A stretch of 51,669 nt of DNA, taken from positions 1 to 51,669 of the forward strand of contig JBGSNS010000192.1 in the NCBI GenBank assembly GCA_041739515.1, given 5' to 3'. The DNA is from Bdellovibrionota bacterium (GTDB taxonomy: Bacteria; Bdellovibrionota_C; UBA2361). Under the pieces are notes generated by a model. The model saw only the letters and a program-made list of their open reading frames with translations, had not been told where the DNA came from and ran no database searches. Below are positions 16,525 through 24,595 of the stretch, piece by piece (within the stretch, counting starts at the first letter, position 1; each line of letters starts with the position of its first letter). The position numbers and the translations under genes are program-made.

Positions 16525-18873
16525 TTAAGCTTGCTTAGAACGACGCTGTCCTAGCTCTATAATCTTCTCTAGCATCGCTCTCGGATACAGCTTCGGACTT
16601 TCCGCCAAACCTTGATGAAATAGCACCGTGGAAGGAGTTAGAGCCGGCAGAGAATTGACCTCGATAATCATTAATTCTCCGGTGTTACGTTCCACAAAAG
16701 CGTCGATTCTAGAATATCCTGACAGCCCAAGTCCGTTAGCCACAGCTGCTATCCTAATCTGGATCTTTCTAATTACCGATGCGCTCATCACTAACGGCGG
16801 AGGGGGAGTAAGGTTAATTCCCGTTCCGCCTTGAAACTTCTCTTCAACGGAAAGCACGTCTCCTTTCGCCACCGTAACACTAGGAGAAAGCGCTTTCATT
16901 TTCCCACGAGCACCTATTACTCCGATCGTTATTTCAACCCATCCGGAACGGTTGTGAAGCACGAGTTTATTACCCTTATCTTCAAGCCGATCGGTTACTA
17001 TGAAACGTTCGAATAAAAGTTCGTATGGCTTAGTTGATGGTAACTCTATCGGAGCAGAATGGGCTGAAAACACACCGGACTCAAAACGCTCAAGTCTACG
17101 CTGCAAACCTTTAACGTATATTGCAAGTTCCGCTGCACTATTGAGCACCACCACTCCAGCAGAACATCCATCGTCGGCAGGTTTTACCAGAATCGTTTCG
17201 CCGAAAGCCTCAGTTATCTCGTCCCATACCAGATCGATTTCAGCTTTCGAAAAGCCTGCCAATAGCTTTAGAGCAACGGGTGCCTTAGGGGTGACCCCTA
17301 CTCCCTCTAGATCTAGATCAACTATCGCCTTCGCCGTTTCAAACTTATCCATGCAAAGCTTCGCAGCAGCTGATCCGGGACCGTTAAAGCATATTCCCTT
17401 CCGCTCAAGCTTTGCTTGCAGATCTCCTCCTTCGCCAAATCCTCCATGTAAACCAAGGAAAACAAAGCTCCGTCCCTTCAAGAACGAGTCTAGTGATTCG
17501 CGTTTCGGAATCACGAGTTTCTCAGGCTTCCAATTCAGCGCAGTCATTATGGGCTTGGCCAACTTCAGCATCCGCTTCTCATCGTGAACTGCACGTTCGC
17601 ACGCTTCAGAAATATCCTCAGCGGTATGATTCAATGCGCAGGCGTACGGCAACCTCCAAACATTTCGTTTTTGATCTAGAAAATACGGCTCAGGAATATA
17701 TCGGTGAGATCTCGTAAGCTTAAGCCAAGCATTCGTACCACTCATCACCGATACCTGGCGTTCCGCGGTATCGCCACCAAACAATACTGGGACTATCGTA
17801 CGTCTATCCGAATCATTAGAAACGCTACTTTTCGGTAAAGTCTTATTCTTTCGGGCTAACGCACGTTTGACGAGGAATCGCAAAAATTCCCGGTGTGAAA
17901 TTCCCAATCGAGCAGCTTGAATGAATAGAAAACTATTCTGCTCCATTCCTGAGATCGGATTAAAATCGGAAAATAAAATCGTTCCGTCTTTCAGCATCCA
18001 ACCATCGAAACGCGCGATATCCCGGAGTCCGAAAAGCGTAAACATCTTCTGCGCTTCGGCTCGAATTTCGTTTACAAGTTTGTCGCTAAACCTTGGCGGG
18101 CAATGATATACAGCTTGCCTCGTTGCGAGGTATTTTTTGCGATAATCGAAGAAATTCCCGTCCGTTTGTACTTCGATCGGAATAAGACATACTGGCTCGT
18201 ATCTCTCATCTTGCGTTACTACGGCAGTAAACTCTCTGCCCGATAATTGAGGCTCGATAATTACTTGCGGATATCGTTTTAGTAGCGCCTTGGTTCCAAG
18301 CGCTACCTTTTCCTCTGATGACGCAAAGCAAACGCCTAGGCTTGAGCCACCGCGCGTCGGCTTAACTACAACTTGTTTTTTCTTTAATTTTTTATACGCT
18401 TTCTGCGCTTCAGCAACGGAGCCGGCAACTAGTCCCCCGGTATGGGGATATCCATGCGCCCGTAACAGTGATTGGGCTGTGCCCTTATCGTACGCCAATT
18501 CGCAGCTTTCACTGGACGAGCCAACAAACGGGATTTTTGCGCGCTCTAGAAGTTTCTGGACCTGCCCATCCTCGCCGAATACACCGTGGATGACTGGAAA
18601 CGCCACATCACATCCGCGTAATATTCGCTGAAGTTTCTCCGCTGATAACGGCTTTGCCGCTTTCTCTAGCTTGAAATCGAAATCTGCCGGGGTATTGCAA
18701 TACAACCACTCTCGTCCGATGGCGAACGCGCGAGCCTTCAAGTCGAAGTAAATCGGAACGATCTCTATCCCGTCACCTTCAAGATGATCGCACACCGTGC
18801 GCGCTGAGTTTAAAGAGATCCCACGCTCGGGGGATGGCCCGCCGAACAGCAATGCTAGTTTAATATTCTTCAC
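16525..18873 (-). CDS. ddl: Two-module (tandem) D-alanine--D-alanine ligase family protein
   Basis: Start taken as GTG at 18873, giving MKNIKLALLFGGPSPERGISLNSA. Module 1 motifs are GEDGQVQKLLERAKIPFVGS, VVKPTRGGSSLGV and DFNPISGM. After a linker (...KNKTLPKSSVSNDSDRR), module 2 motifs are IVPVLFGGDTAERQVSVMSG, GGFGEGGDLQAKLERKGICFNGPGS, LVKPADDGCSAGV and IIEVNSLPALT. The 60 codons the ORF track adds upstream translate a repeat hairpin and were discarded. Confidence 0.8.
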   Translation of the reverse strand: MKNIKLALLFGGPSPERGISLNSARTVCDHLEGDGIEIVPIYFDLKARAFAIGREWLYCNTPADFDFKLEKAAKPLSAEKLQRILRGCDVAFPVIHGVFGEDGQVQKLLERAKIPFVGSSSESCELAYDKGTAQSLLRAHGYPHTGGLVAGSVAEAQKAYKKLKKKQVVVKPTRGGSSLGVCFASSEEKVALGTKALLKRYPQVIIEPQLSGREFTAVVTQDERYEPVCLIPIEVQTDGNFFDYRKKYLATRQAVYHCPPRFSDKLVNEIRAEAQKMFTLFGLRDIARFDGWMLKDGTILFSDFNPISGMEQNSFLFIQAARLGISHREFLRFLVKRALARKNKTLPKSSVSNDSDRRTIVPVLFGGDTAERQVSVMSGTNAWLKLTRSHRYIPEPYFLDQKRNVWRLPYACALNHTAEDISEACERAVHDEKRMLKLAKPIMTALNWKPEKLVIPKRESLDSFLKGRSFVFLGLHGGFGEGGDLQAKLERKGICFNGPGSAAAKLCMDKFETAKAIVDLDLEGVGVTPKAPVALKLLAGFSKAEIDLVWDEITEAFGETILVKPADDGCSAGVVVLNSAAELAIYVKGLQRRLERFESGVFSAHSAPIELPSTKPYELLFERFIVTDRLEDKGNKLVLHNRSGWVEITIGVIGARGKMKALSPSVTVAKGDVLSVEEKFQGGTGINLTPPPPLVMSASVIRKIQIRIAAVANGLGLSGYSRIDAFVERNTGELMIIEVNSLPALTPSTVLFHQGLAESPKLYPRAMLEKIIELGQRRSKQA

Positions 18874-18938
18874 TGCGATGGAGTATACCGCTGTTGAGAA
18901 AACTGGACAGGGCAGAGATCGGACCGAGTAAAAATCAT

Positions 18939-19008
18939 GGACCGCGGACCGCCGGTCAGCTTGATCGAACTTCAGTAAGCGATCGTGCGGGCCGGCGGTC
19001 CGCGGTCC
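18939..19008. repeat. Short relative of the REP family: perfect 17-bp inverted arms with a 36-nt spacer
   Basis: GGACCGCGGACCGCCGG at 18939-18955 pairs with CCGGCGGTCCGCGGTCC at 18992-19008. The arms share the GGGACCGCGGA terminus of the REP-doublet family. The hairpin lies 66 nt upstream of the ddl start. Confidence 0.6.
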
Positions 19009-19095
19009 CTGAAATGCCCCACTATCAAATTGGCCTAACGCTAAGCTCCCCACTCAGCGATAGGCCAATGTCCATTTGCGTCTCTGAACAGCCTT

Positions 19096-19299
19096 TTAAC
19101 GCTCTAGCTTGGAAACTAGATCGCCAATCACTCTTTCGAGCGCTTTTACTTCCCGTGCTAGCACTTCGCTGGGCTCTACGGATGTTTTCGGTTTAATCGC
19201 TAGCGTTACCAGACGGATGTCTGCGCAGAGAGACGCAAAATTCGTCCCTTTATATGAATACTTCATTACAACCTCCATTTCGTATGTGTCATCGAGCAC
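19096..19299 (-). CDS. Small hypothetical protein (67 aa)
   Basis: This is the only ORF in a gap that is otherwise non-coding. No motif was recognised. It may not be expressed. Confidence 0.2.
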   Translation of the reverse strand: MLDDTYEMEVVMKYSYKGTNFASLCADIRLVTLAIKPKTSVEPSEVLAREVKALERVIGDLVSKLER

Positions 19300-19476
19300 C
19301 TTGTTTAGGCGGCATGCCTAAACTCCTTGGTCCTCTCTCTTCAAGGGTAACGTCGGTTGGTAAATGATGCAGGATTCGGATCTGAAGCGATAAATTTTAA
19401 ATTTCAGTGAAGTTCGTAGTCGATTGCCGGTTCACACGATCATCGCAAAACTACTTTTGATAATGATTTCAATGAG

Positions 19477-20250
19477 TTAAAAGCGAAGATGTTTAACTGA
19501 TTGTCCGCTACGCTTAATCGTCAGCAGCGAGTCGATGCCGATTCTGATGTGAGAATCGACGAAGCTCTTGGTCACCGAGTTATCGCTGGCCGCTGTCTTA
19601 ACTCCCTCTGGAATCATCGGGATATCACTAACGAGTAAAAGGGCGCCCTTAGGTATCTCGTTAGCAAACCCGACTGTAAAAATCGTAGCGGTCTCCATGT
19701 CGATCCCTATCGCGCGCACATCGCGCAGATAATCCTTGAAGCGCGCATCGTGTTCCCAAACCCTGCGATTGGTCGTGTAAATTGTGCCTGTCCAGTAGTC
19801 GCGGCCATACTGCGCTATCGTCTCACTCACCGCTTTTTGCAGGCTAAACGAGGGCAAAGCAGGTACCTTGCTATCAAAGTAATCATCTGAAGTACCCTCT
19901 CCGCGCATAGCGGCGATCGGCAAAATCAAATCGCCTACCTGGACTTTGCGCTTTAAACCGCCGCATTTTCCTAAAAATAGCACCGCTTTGGGCGATACAG
20001 CCCCTAACAAATCCATCACCGTAGCAGCATTAGCGCTGCCGATTCCGAAGTTGATAATAGTAATGCCGTCAGGGCTTGTAGCGGTCTGCATCGGGCGATC
20101 TTCTCCCTGCACCTCTACACCATACAAAGCTGCGAATCTGGTTACGTAATCTGAGAAATTGGTGAGCAGAATATACTCAGAAATTTGATCAACCGATGTT
20201 CCAGTATACCGGGGGAGCCAATCTCGAACGATTTCAGGCTTAGTTTTCAT
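19477..20250 (-). CDS. amn: AMP nucleosidase (short form) / PNP_UDP_1 family nucleoside phosphorylase-fold enzyme
   Basis: 257 aa. The segments LTNFSDYV..FA, INFGIGSANAATVMDLL, FLGKCGGL and GIDMETA fit the pattern of short AMP nucleosidases. Confidence 0.7.
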   Translation of the reverse strand: MKTKPEIVRDWLPRYTGTSVDQISEYILLTNFSDYVTRFAALYGVEVQGEDRPMQTATSPDGITIINFGIGSANAATVMDLLGAVSPKAVLFLGKCGGLKRKVQVGDLILPIAAMRGEGTSDDYFDSKVPALPSFSLQKAVSETIAQYGRDYWTGTIYTTNRRVWEHDARFKDYLRDVRAIGIDMETATIFTVGFANEIPKGALLLVSDIPMIPEGVKTAASDNSVTKSFVDSHIRIGIDSLLTIKRSGQSVKHLRF

Positions 20251-20391
20251 TCAAATGCTCTTTGTGTAACCAGTTGCGTCTTGTCCAATAGATACCGGCC
20301 TGTTAATCAAATTGTCCCTATTGTTTTAGTTTGCGGTACCGCGCGGTTTTCTACAAGAAGTCCGTTTGTACCCGGTGTTATAGGTTTTTTT

Positions 20392-21675
20392 ATGGTGGGT
20401 TCTAAGCGGCGCCTAGCGCCTAGTGCAGTTTTGACGGTCTTTAGCCTTGCTCTTCTCGCCTGCGATCTGCTCTTCATATCAAGCGCATCAGCGCTAACTA
20501 TAGATGAATTCGACGGCTCACAAACCGTCTCAGCCAATCCAACCTCTCCTAGTAATTTTAGTGGCGCTCCCGGATCCGGAGTCGTTGGTGGCATTAGAAA
20601 ACTTCGAATTAACTGGCTAAGCGGAGCGAATGCCCCGTCGCTCGATACCGATGTGACGATTGTGCGGCAAGGCGAGGAAGGATCGTTGGTGTACTCTCAA
20701 GACGCAACCGTTGCAGCCCAGTGTCTGGTCTCATGGGATGGAACGATATCAGCGAATCCAGCTACGAATTTAGGTTCTGGCGGCATAGATCTTCGCCAAG
20801 ACGGTGGTACCGCGTTCGCACTTGAGATACTAGGAAATGATCTGGCTACGCAGCTAGAATTAACCGTCACGGATGCAACGGATGCTAGTAGAACTTCTAA
20901 AGCCGTTTCGAATATCGACGCAGGCGGTGCTCGCACGATTTTTATCCCATTCTCGAGCCTCACCGGAAACGCAAATCTCAGCACTATTGGTGCGATATCG
21001 TTGTTGATAAATAAAGGCGGAACTCAAGCGTTAGATCTTTCACTTGCGTACATCGGCACCAATGGACAATGCCGAGCGGTACCGAACAGTAGTGGGCGAG
21101 TTCTAGACGAGTGCGGTGTTTGTGGGGGTGATAATTCCTCTTGTACTGACTGCATGGGTATCATCAACGGTGCAGCAGTGCTCGATCGTTGCAACGTCTG
21201 TAATGGTGATGGCAATTCGTGCTTAAGCTGCACGCAACGAGATATAACCCTTATACTTTCAACGATGGATGCATCAGCGAAGACCCAAGAAGCCCTGCTG
21301 CGAAATATCTATAACAAGATAGGGCGTTCAACACGCAGTAGGTCCGTTCGTCGAACCATTGCGGCTGGTCGCAAGCAAGCACACGCACTGCAGATTAGAA
21401 ATTGGACATTGTCGTGGACGATTCCACGTATTTCCACTAGCTGTACAAACACTACCTTTTGTACCTCTGTGTCTAACCGAGCATTTATTGAAGAATACCG
21501 TCGCAACAGTGAATCACTAAGACAAATGACCATCGATGCTCTCAAGCTATGGCAAAGGGTTAATCGTGCGGCACGTAGACACGTGCCGAATTATCTCCGA
21601 CAAGCATCACGCACCCATGCTTATAACGAGCGCTTACTGGCTGATGTTCCGAGAACCCAGACGGCGTGCACATAG
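20392..21675 (+). CDS. Secreted protein with two Cys-rich CGVCGG-type repeats
   Basis: Start set at ATG 20392 (MVGSKRRLAPSAVLTVFSLALLA...ASA signal peptide). The ORF-track extension back to 20185 overlaps the amn start and was discarded. Two motif copies are present: DECGVCGGDNSSC and DRCNVCNGDGNSC. The C-terminal third is basic. Confidence 0.6.
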   Translation: MVGSKRRLAPSAVLTVFSLALLACDLLFISSASALTIDEFDGSQTVSANPTSPSNFSGAPGSGVVGGIRKLRINWLSGANAPSLDTDVTIVRQGEEGSLVYSQDATVAAQCLVSWDGTISANPATNLGSGGIDLRQDGGTAFALEILGNDLATQLELTVTDATDASRTSKAVSNIDAGGARTIFIPFSSLTGNANLSTIGAISLLINKGGTQALDLSLAYIGTNGQCRAVPNSSGRVLDECGVCGGDNSSCTDCMGIINGAAVLDRCNVCNGDGNSCLSCTQRDITLILSTMDASAKTQEALLRNIYNKIGRSTRSRSVRRTIAAGRKQAHALQIRNWTLSWTIPRISTSCTNTTFCTSVSNRAFIEEYRRNSESLRQMTIDALKLWQRVNRAARRHVPNYLRQASRTHAYNERLLADVPRTQTACT

Positions 21676-21687
21676 AGGATTGCTCGA

Positions 21688-22434
21688 ATGGGATACCGGA
21701 GCACGCTCAAAGAAATGCTAATAGTCGGTTTCATTTTCGGCCTATCGGCGATCCCGTCTCTGGCTGCTCCAACCAAAACCGTTTGTCCGAAGTTAATAGC
21801 TGAAAAACGCGGCGAAATTTATTATCCCAGGGAGAATTACCGCTGCTTCTCATCTGTTAAAGCTGCGCGCCGTGCTGGGTTAATCGGTGTTAAATCTCTC
21901 GTAAATCCTAACTACTCCGGCTGGTGGAGGTTTAATCTAACGTTATCAACGAACTCGTGTGGCGGAGCGAGTTCTGCAAGTTCTCCGACAACGTATTTTC
22001 TTCAACTGAAACACGATCAATCTACGGGGCTTTTTGGATCGCTCTGTCCCGGAGCAGATACTTTCGTCGGTCCTGCTCCTCGCAAGGATCCCAATGCGGG
22101 CTTTTCGATGACAAGCTCTTCTAAAATCTCAAACGTTGCATTCTGCGCTAACGGCGAAGCGCAAGTTTCGTATATATTTGAAGCACGCGATTTTGATTCC
22201 CTGTTTAGTGATGCGAAATCCGCCAAGCTCACCCAGGTAACAGTCTGTTCACACGACGCTTCTGTGCGTTGCAGAGCAACTTGGACCGGAGCAGGGGCAA
22301 GAGAGTCAACAGATCACCGCTTCTGGCCTCAAATCCATAACGATATCAATCAGTTTAGCTCAAGCTGCACAACGGCGCTTAGCACCTGCCAAGGCTGTCA
22401 TGCAGCCCCAAGCGGCTCTAGTAGCAACCCATAG
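21688..22434 (+). CDS. Secreted Cys-rich hypothetical protein
   Basis: 248 aa. A signal-like segment is MLIVGFIFGLSAIPSLAAP. There are 12 or more Cys residues. It ends ...CQGCHAAPSGSSSNP. An AGAGGA Shine-Dalgarno-like sequence lies upstream. Confidence 0.55.
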   Translation: MGYRSTLKEMLIVGFIFGLSAIPSLAAPTKTVCPKLIAEKRGEIYYPRENYRCFSSVKAARRAGLIGVKSLVNPNYSGWWRFNLTLSTNSCGGASSASSPTTYFLQLKHDQSTGLFGSLCPGADTFVGPAPRKDPNAGFSMTSSSKISNVAFCANGEAQVSYIFEARDFDSLFSDAKSAKLTQVTVCSHDASVRCRATWTGAGARESTDHRFWPQIHNDINQFSSSCTTALSTCQGCHAAPSGSSSNP

Positions 22435-22526
22435 TTCGTTACGAGCACCCCGTATTTTTCATTAGAAGCTCGAATTTCTCATAGAATCTCTAACGTTAAT
22501 TGATTCTCCTACCGATATAATACGAC

Positions 22527-23183
22527 ATGGGGATTTCGGTAATTCAAATGGCCAAACAACGCGGATCTGCGCTTGTCGAGGCGGTCTTGGTCATTCCCAT
22601 TCTATTGATGTTAATCGGAACCACTTACGAACTGGGCGCAGTTTTTCAACAATATCTCATTATTCAGCAAATGGCGTATGAAGGAGCGCGATCTGGCAGT
22701 CAGCTAGAAAAGGACGCTTTTACTGCGCCATCTTGTTACTCTGTGAATACCTCTGGATATATAAGGGACCCGGATACACCGTCTCCCAGCGGATACAATC
22801 CAGCGCTCATAGCGGTCCTAGCCCGGGTGGAGGCCCTAATAACTCAGTACCAATCCGTGCTCTCTCTTAAATGCGATGATCGTTTAGCTAGTAACCGCTG
22901 TGATACCGGGGATTCAACCGGCTTACCATCTTACGCAGCTGAGTATTTGCCCACAGATGCAGACGGAGAGACTCAGCCTCTAAACTGTGGCTATCCAGCC
23001 CCACCGTACAATCCGGCGATGCTCGCCAAGAAAGGAACGATCGGGGTCAAGGTAGGTGGTAAATACACCGGAAGGGTTTTTCCATTTTCTATCTATTTGG
23101 CAGCGGAATCGAGATCTTTGTTACTTAGTGGCAATCAAGATTATGCACCGCCAAGGGATGAGGTACCTAGTTCGAATCCATAA
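22527..23183 (+). CDS. TadE-like (Flp-pilus minor pilin/pseudopilin-like) protein
   Basis: The N-terminus ...KQRGSALVEAVLVIPILLMLIGTTYELG fits the TadE-like domain pattern. It ends ...EVPSSNP. A TATAAT hexamer at 22516-22521 sits 5 nt before the ATG. Confidence 0.7.
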   Translation: MGISVIQMAKQRGSALVEAVLVIPILLMLIGTTYELGAVFQQYLIIQQMAYEGARSGSQLEKDAFTAPSCYSVNTSGYIRDPDTPSPSGYNPALIAVLARVEALITQYQSVLSLKCDDRLASNRCDTGDSTGLPSYAAEYLPTDADGETQPLNCGYPAPPYNPAMLAKKGTIGVKVGGKYTGRVFPFSIYLAAESRSLLLSGNQDYAPPRDEVPSSNP

Positions 23184-23288
23184 GGCTATCGCGGAATGTG
23201 TCATGAACACGGTTGTAGCGTTTATCCACTGCGACATTCCTTTGAATAAAGTATTGTCGCTCGTACTGCATAGATTTACGGTCAAGCC

Positions 23289-24563
23289 ATGCTATCAAAA
23301 CCAGCAAATTCCAAGCCGTTCACCAAGATCGAAACTGCCCAACGAGGTGGTGCGATCCTTGAGTTCGTTGTCGGATTTCCGTTGGTTATTCTTCTGGTGC
23401 TCGGCTTGATCGATACGTTGAGGTACTGGTCTGTGACTATCATAGCGCAATCGGATGCTAACAACGCAGCACGGCTTGCGGCTACGATAAGTAATCTTGA
23501 TTTCGATTCTTATGCCACGTACTTGGGGCGGGCAGATAATTTGACTGACGACGATCTGAATAAATTGCAAAAATTCGAAGAAGCGCGATTGCGGGTTGCA
23601 AACGAAGCCGTTCGGCTCGGATCGGCCTCATTAATTGGTGGAAGTTTAGCTTCGTATTCTACGTTTTCATCTGCATTATCGGCTGCAGAAACCGTTCCAT
23701 TTAAGGCCGCGGTACTCCGACCGTTCGACCAGTTCACGCGAACATCGGGAGGCCAAGGAAATGGTGAAATTGTAAATCATCCATCGGTTGCAGCGCTTTG
23801 CATTTCACCAAGTACGGGTTTTAGCGGTCATTGCTCCGCTGCTGGTGGTCTAACATTTTCTGCTGCAACAAAAATTTATCCCGTGGTAATTCAGACAGAG
23901 ATAAACTTCAAATTCTTTCTTCCGCTATTTCCAAATAAGCGAATCACTATAAGGGGCTCCGGTTACCGAGAAAGAACCTGGCAAGGAGCTGTTACTGAAC
24001 CGTTTGCAATTGCTGCGCCAACCGCTACCCGCACGCCAACTTTTACCTCAACCCAAACTCCATTGCCTACCGCAACAATAACGCCGACAGCAACGATCAC
24101 TCCAACCAGTACGATAACACCTACGGTTACATCTACTCCAACGGTAACCGCAACTCATACCGTTACGAACACCCCAACGATAACCAACACGCCTAGGCCA
24201 ACGTCCACGCCGAGCAACACCCCAACAGTGACTCCGACTTTCACACCGGAAGTCAAACCAACTCAGACCCCGACTTCCACAATTACTCCCGGCCCGTCGC
24301 CCACGCCGACTTCGACAAGAACACTTACGCCGACCGCGACCGTGACGTTAACACCAACGATTACTTCAACACCAACAATCACTCCGACACCATCGGTCAC
24401 TCCAACGGCAACAGTGACACCAACTGTCACGGCGACTGCGACACCAACGTCGACGCCGACATCAACATCGACAACCACGCCGACTCCAACCTGGACGACT
24501 CCGGGAAGTTCATCATCGAGTTCGTCATCCTCAAGTAATCCTGATGAGGACGTCAATTTCTAA
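23289..24563 (+). CDS. TadE-like protein with long Pro/Thr-rich C-terminal repeat region
   Basis: The N-terminus ...[28 protein letters not shown] is TadE-like. The C-terminal part of about 175 aa is almost entirely T/P (TPT.T units). It ends in a poly-Ser run followed by NPDEDVNF. Confidence 0.7.
   Translation: MLSKPANSKPFTKIETAQRGGAILEFVVGFPLVILLVLGLIDTLRYWSVTIIAQSDANNAARLAATISNLDFDSYATYLGRADNLTDDDLNKLQKFEEARLRVANEAVRLGSASLIGGSLASYSTFSSALSAAETVPFKAAVLRPFDQFTRTSGGQGNGEIVNHPSVAALCISPSTGFSGHCSAAGGLTFSAATKIYPVVIQTEINFKFFLPLFPNKRITIRGSGYRERTWQGAVTEPFAIAAPTATRTPTFTSTQTPLPTATITPTATITPTSTITPTVTSTPTVTATHTVTNTPTITNTPRPTSTPSNTPTVTPTFTPEVKPTQTPTSTITPGPSPTPTSTRTLTPTATVTLTPTITSTPTITPTPSVTPTATVTPTVTATATPTSTPTSTSTTTPTPTWTTPGSSSSSSSSSSNPDEDVNF
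24013..24540 (+). repeat. Coding low-complexity Pro/Thr repeat tract
   Basis: The tract is a degenerate ACN-CCN-ACN reiteration encoding PTxT units, with a poly-Ser run at its end. The antisense frame gives a spurious GV-rich ORF at 24263-24556. Confidence 0.8.
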
Positions 24564-24595
24564 ATAGTTCGATTTATTTCTAGGTGTAATTCAAT

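Noticed and set aside
18874-19053. 60-codon N-terminal extension of the ddl ORF in the six-frame track
   Set aside because: It translates the REP-like hairpin (…GPRTAGPHDR…ADRRSAVH…). The conserved Ddl N-terminus begins at GVKNIKLALLFGG, with a GTG at 18873.
19303-19321. Hairpin TTTAGGC-GGCAT-GCCTAAA, considered as the amn terminator
   Set aside because: It lies 155 nt from the amn stop codon and has no T-run on the relevant strand. The evidence is insufficient to call a terminator.
20185-20391. 69-codon N-terminal extension of the secreted-protein ORF
   Set aside because: It overlaps the divergent amn start and has no coding-like features. A clean signal peptide begins at the ATG at 20392.
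22387-22401. CQGCH (CXXCH) motif, suggesting a c-type cytochrome
   Set aside because: It lies only 10 residues from the C-terminus, with no room for a cytochrome c fold or a distal ligand, in a protein with many other Cys residues. It is probably a chance occurrence or part of a disulfide.
23169-23180. GTTCGAATCC, a tRNA T-loop-like string
   Set aside because: The flanking bases (CCTAG / CATAA) cannot form a T-stem, and no acceptor or anticodon arms are present. It lies inside the TadE-like coding sequence.
23056-23409. 117-aa ORF bridging the two TadE-like genes
   Set aside because: It is in an alternate frame overlapping the end of one supported gene and the start of the next. No motifs were recognised.
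24263-24556. 97-aa Gly/Val-rich minus-strand ORF
   Set aside because: It is the antisense reading of the Pro/Thr repeat tract, an artefact of the repeat composition.
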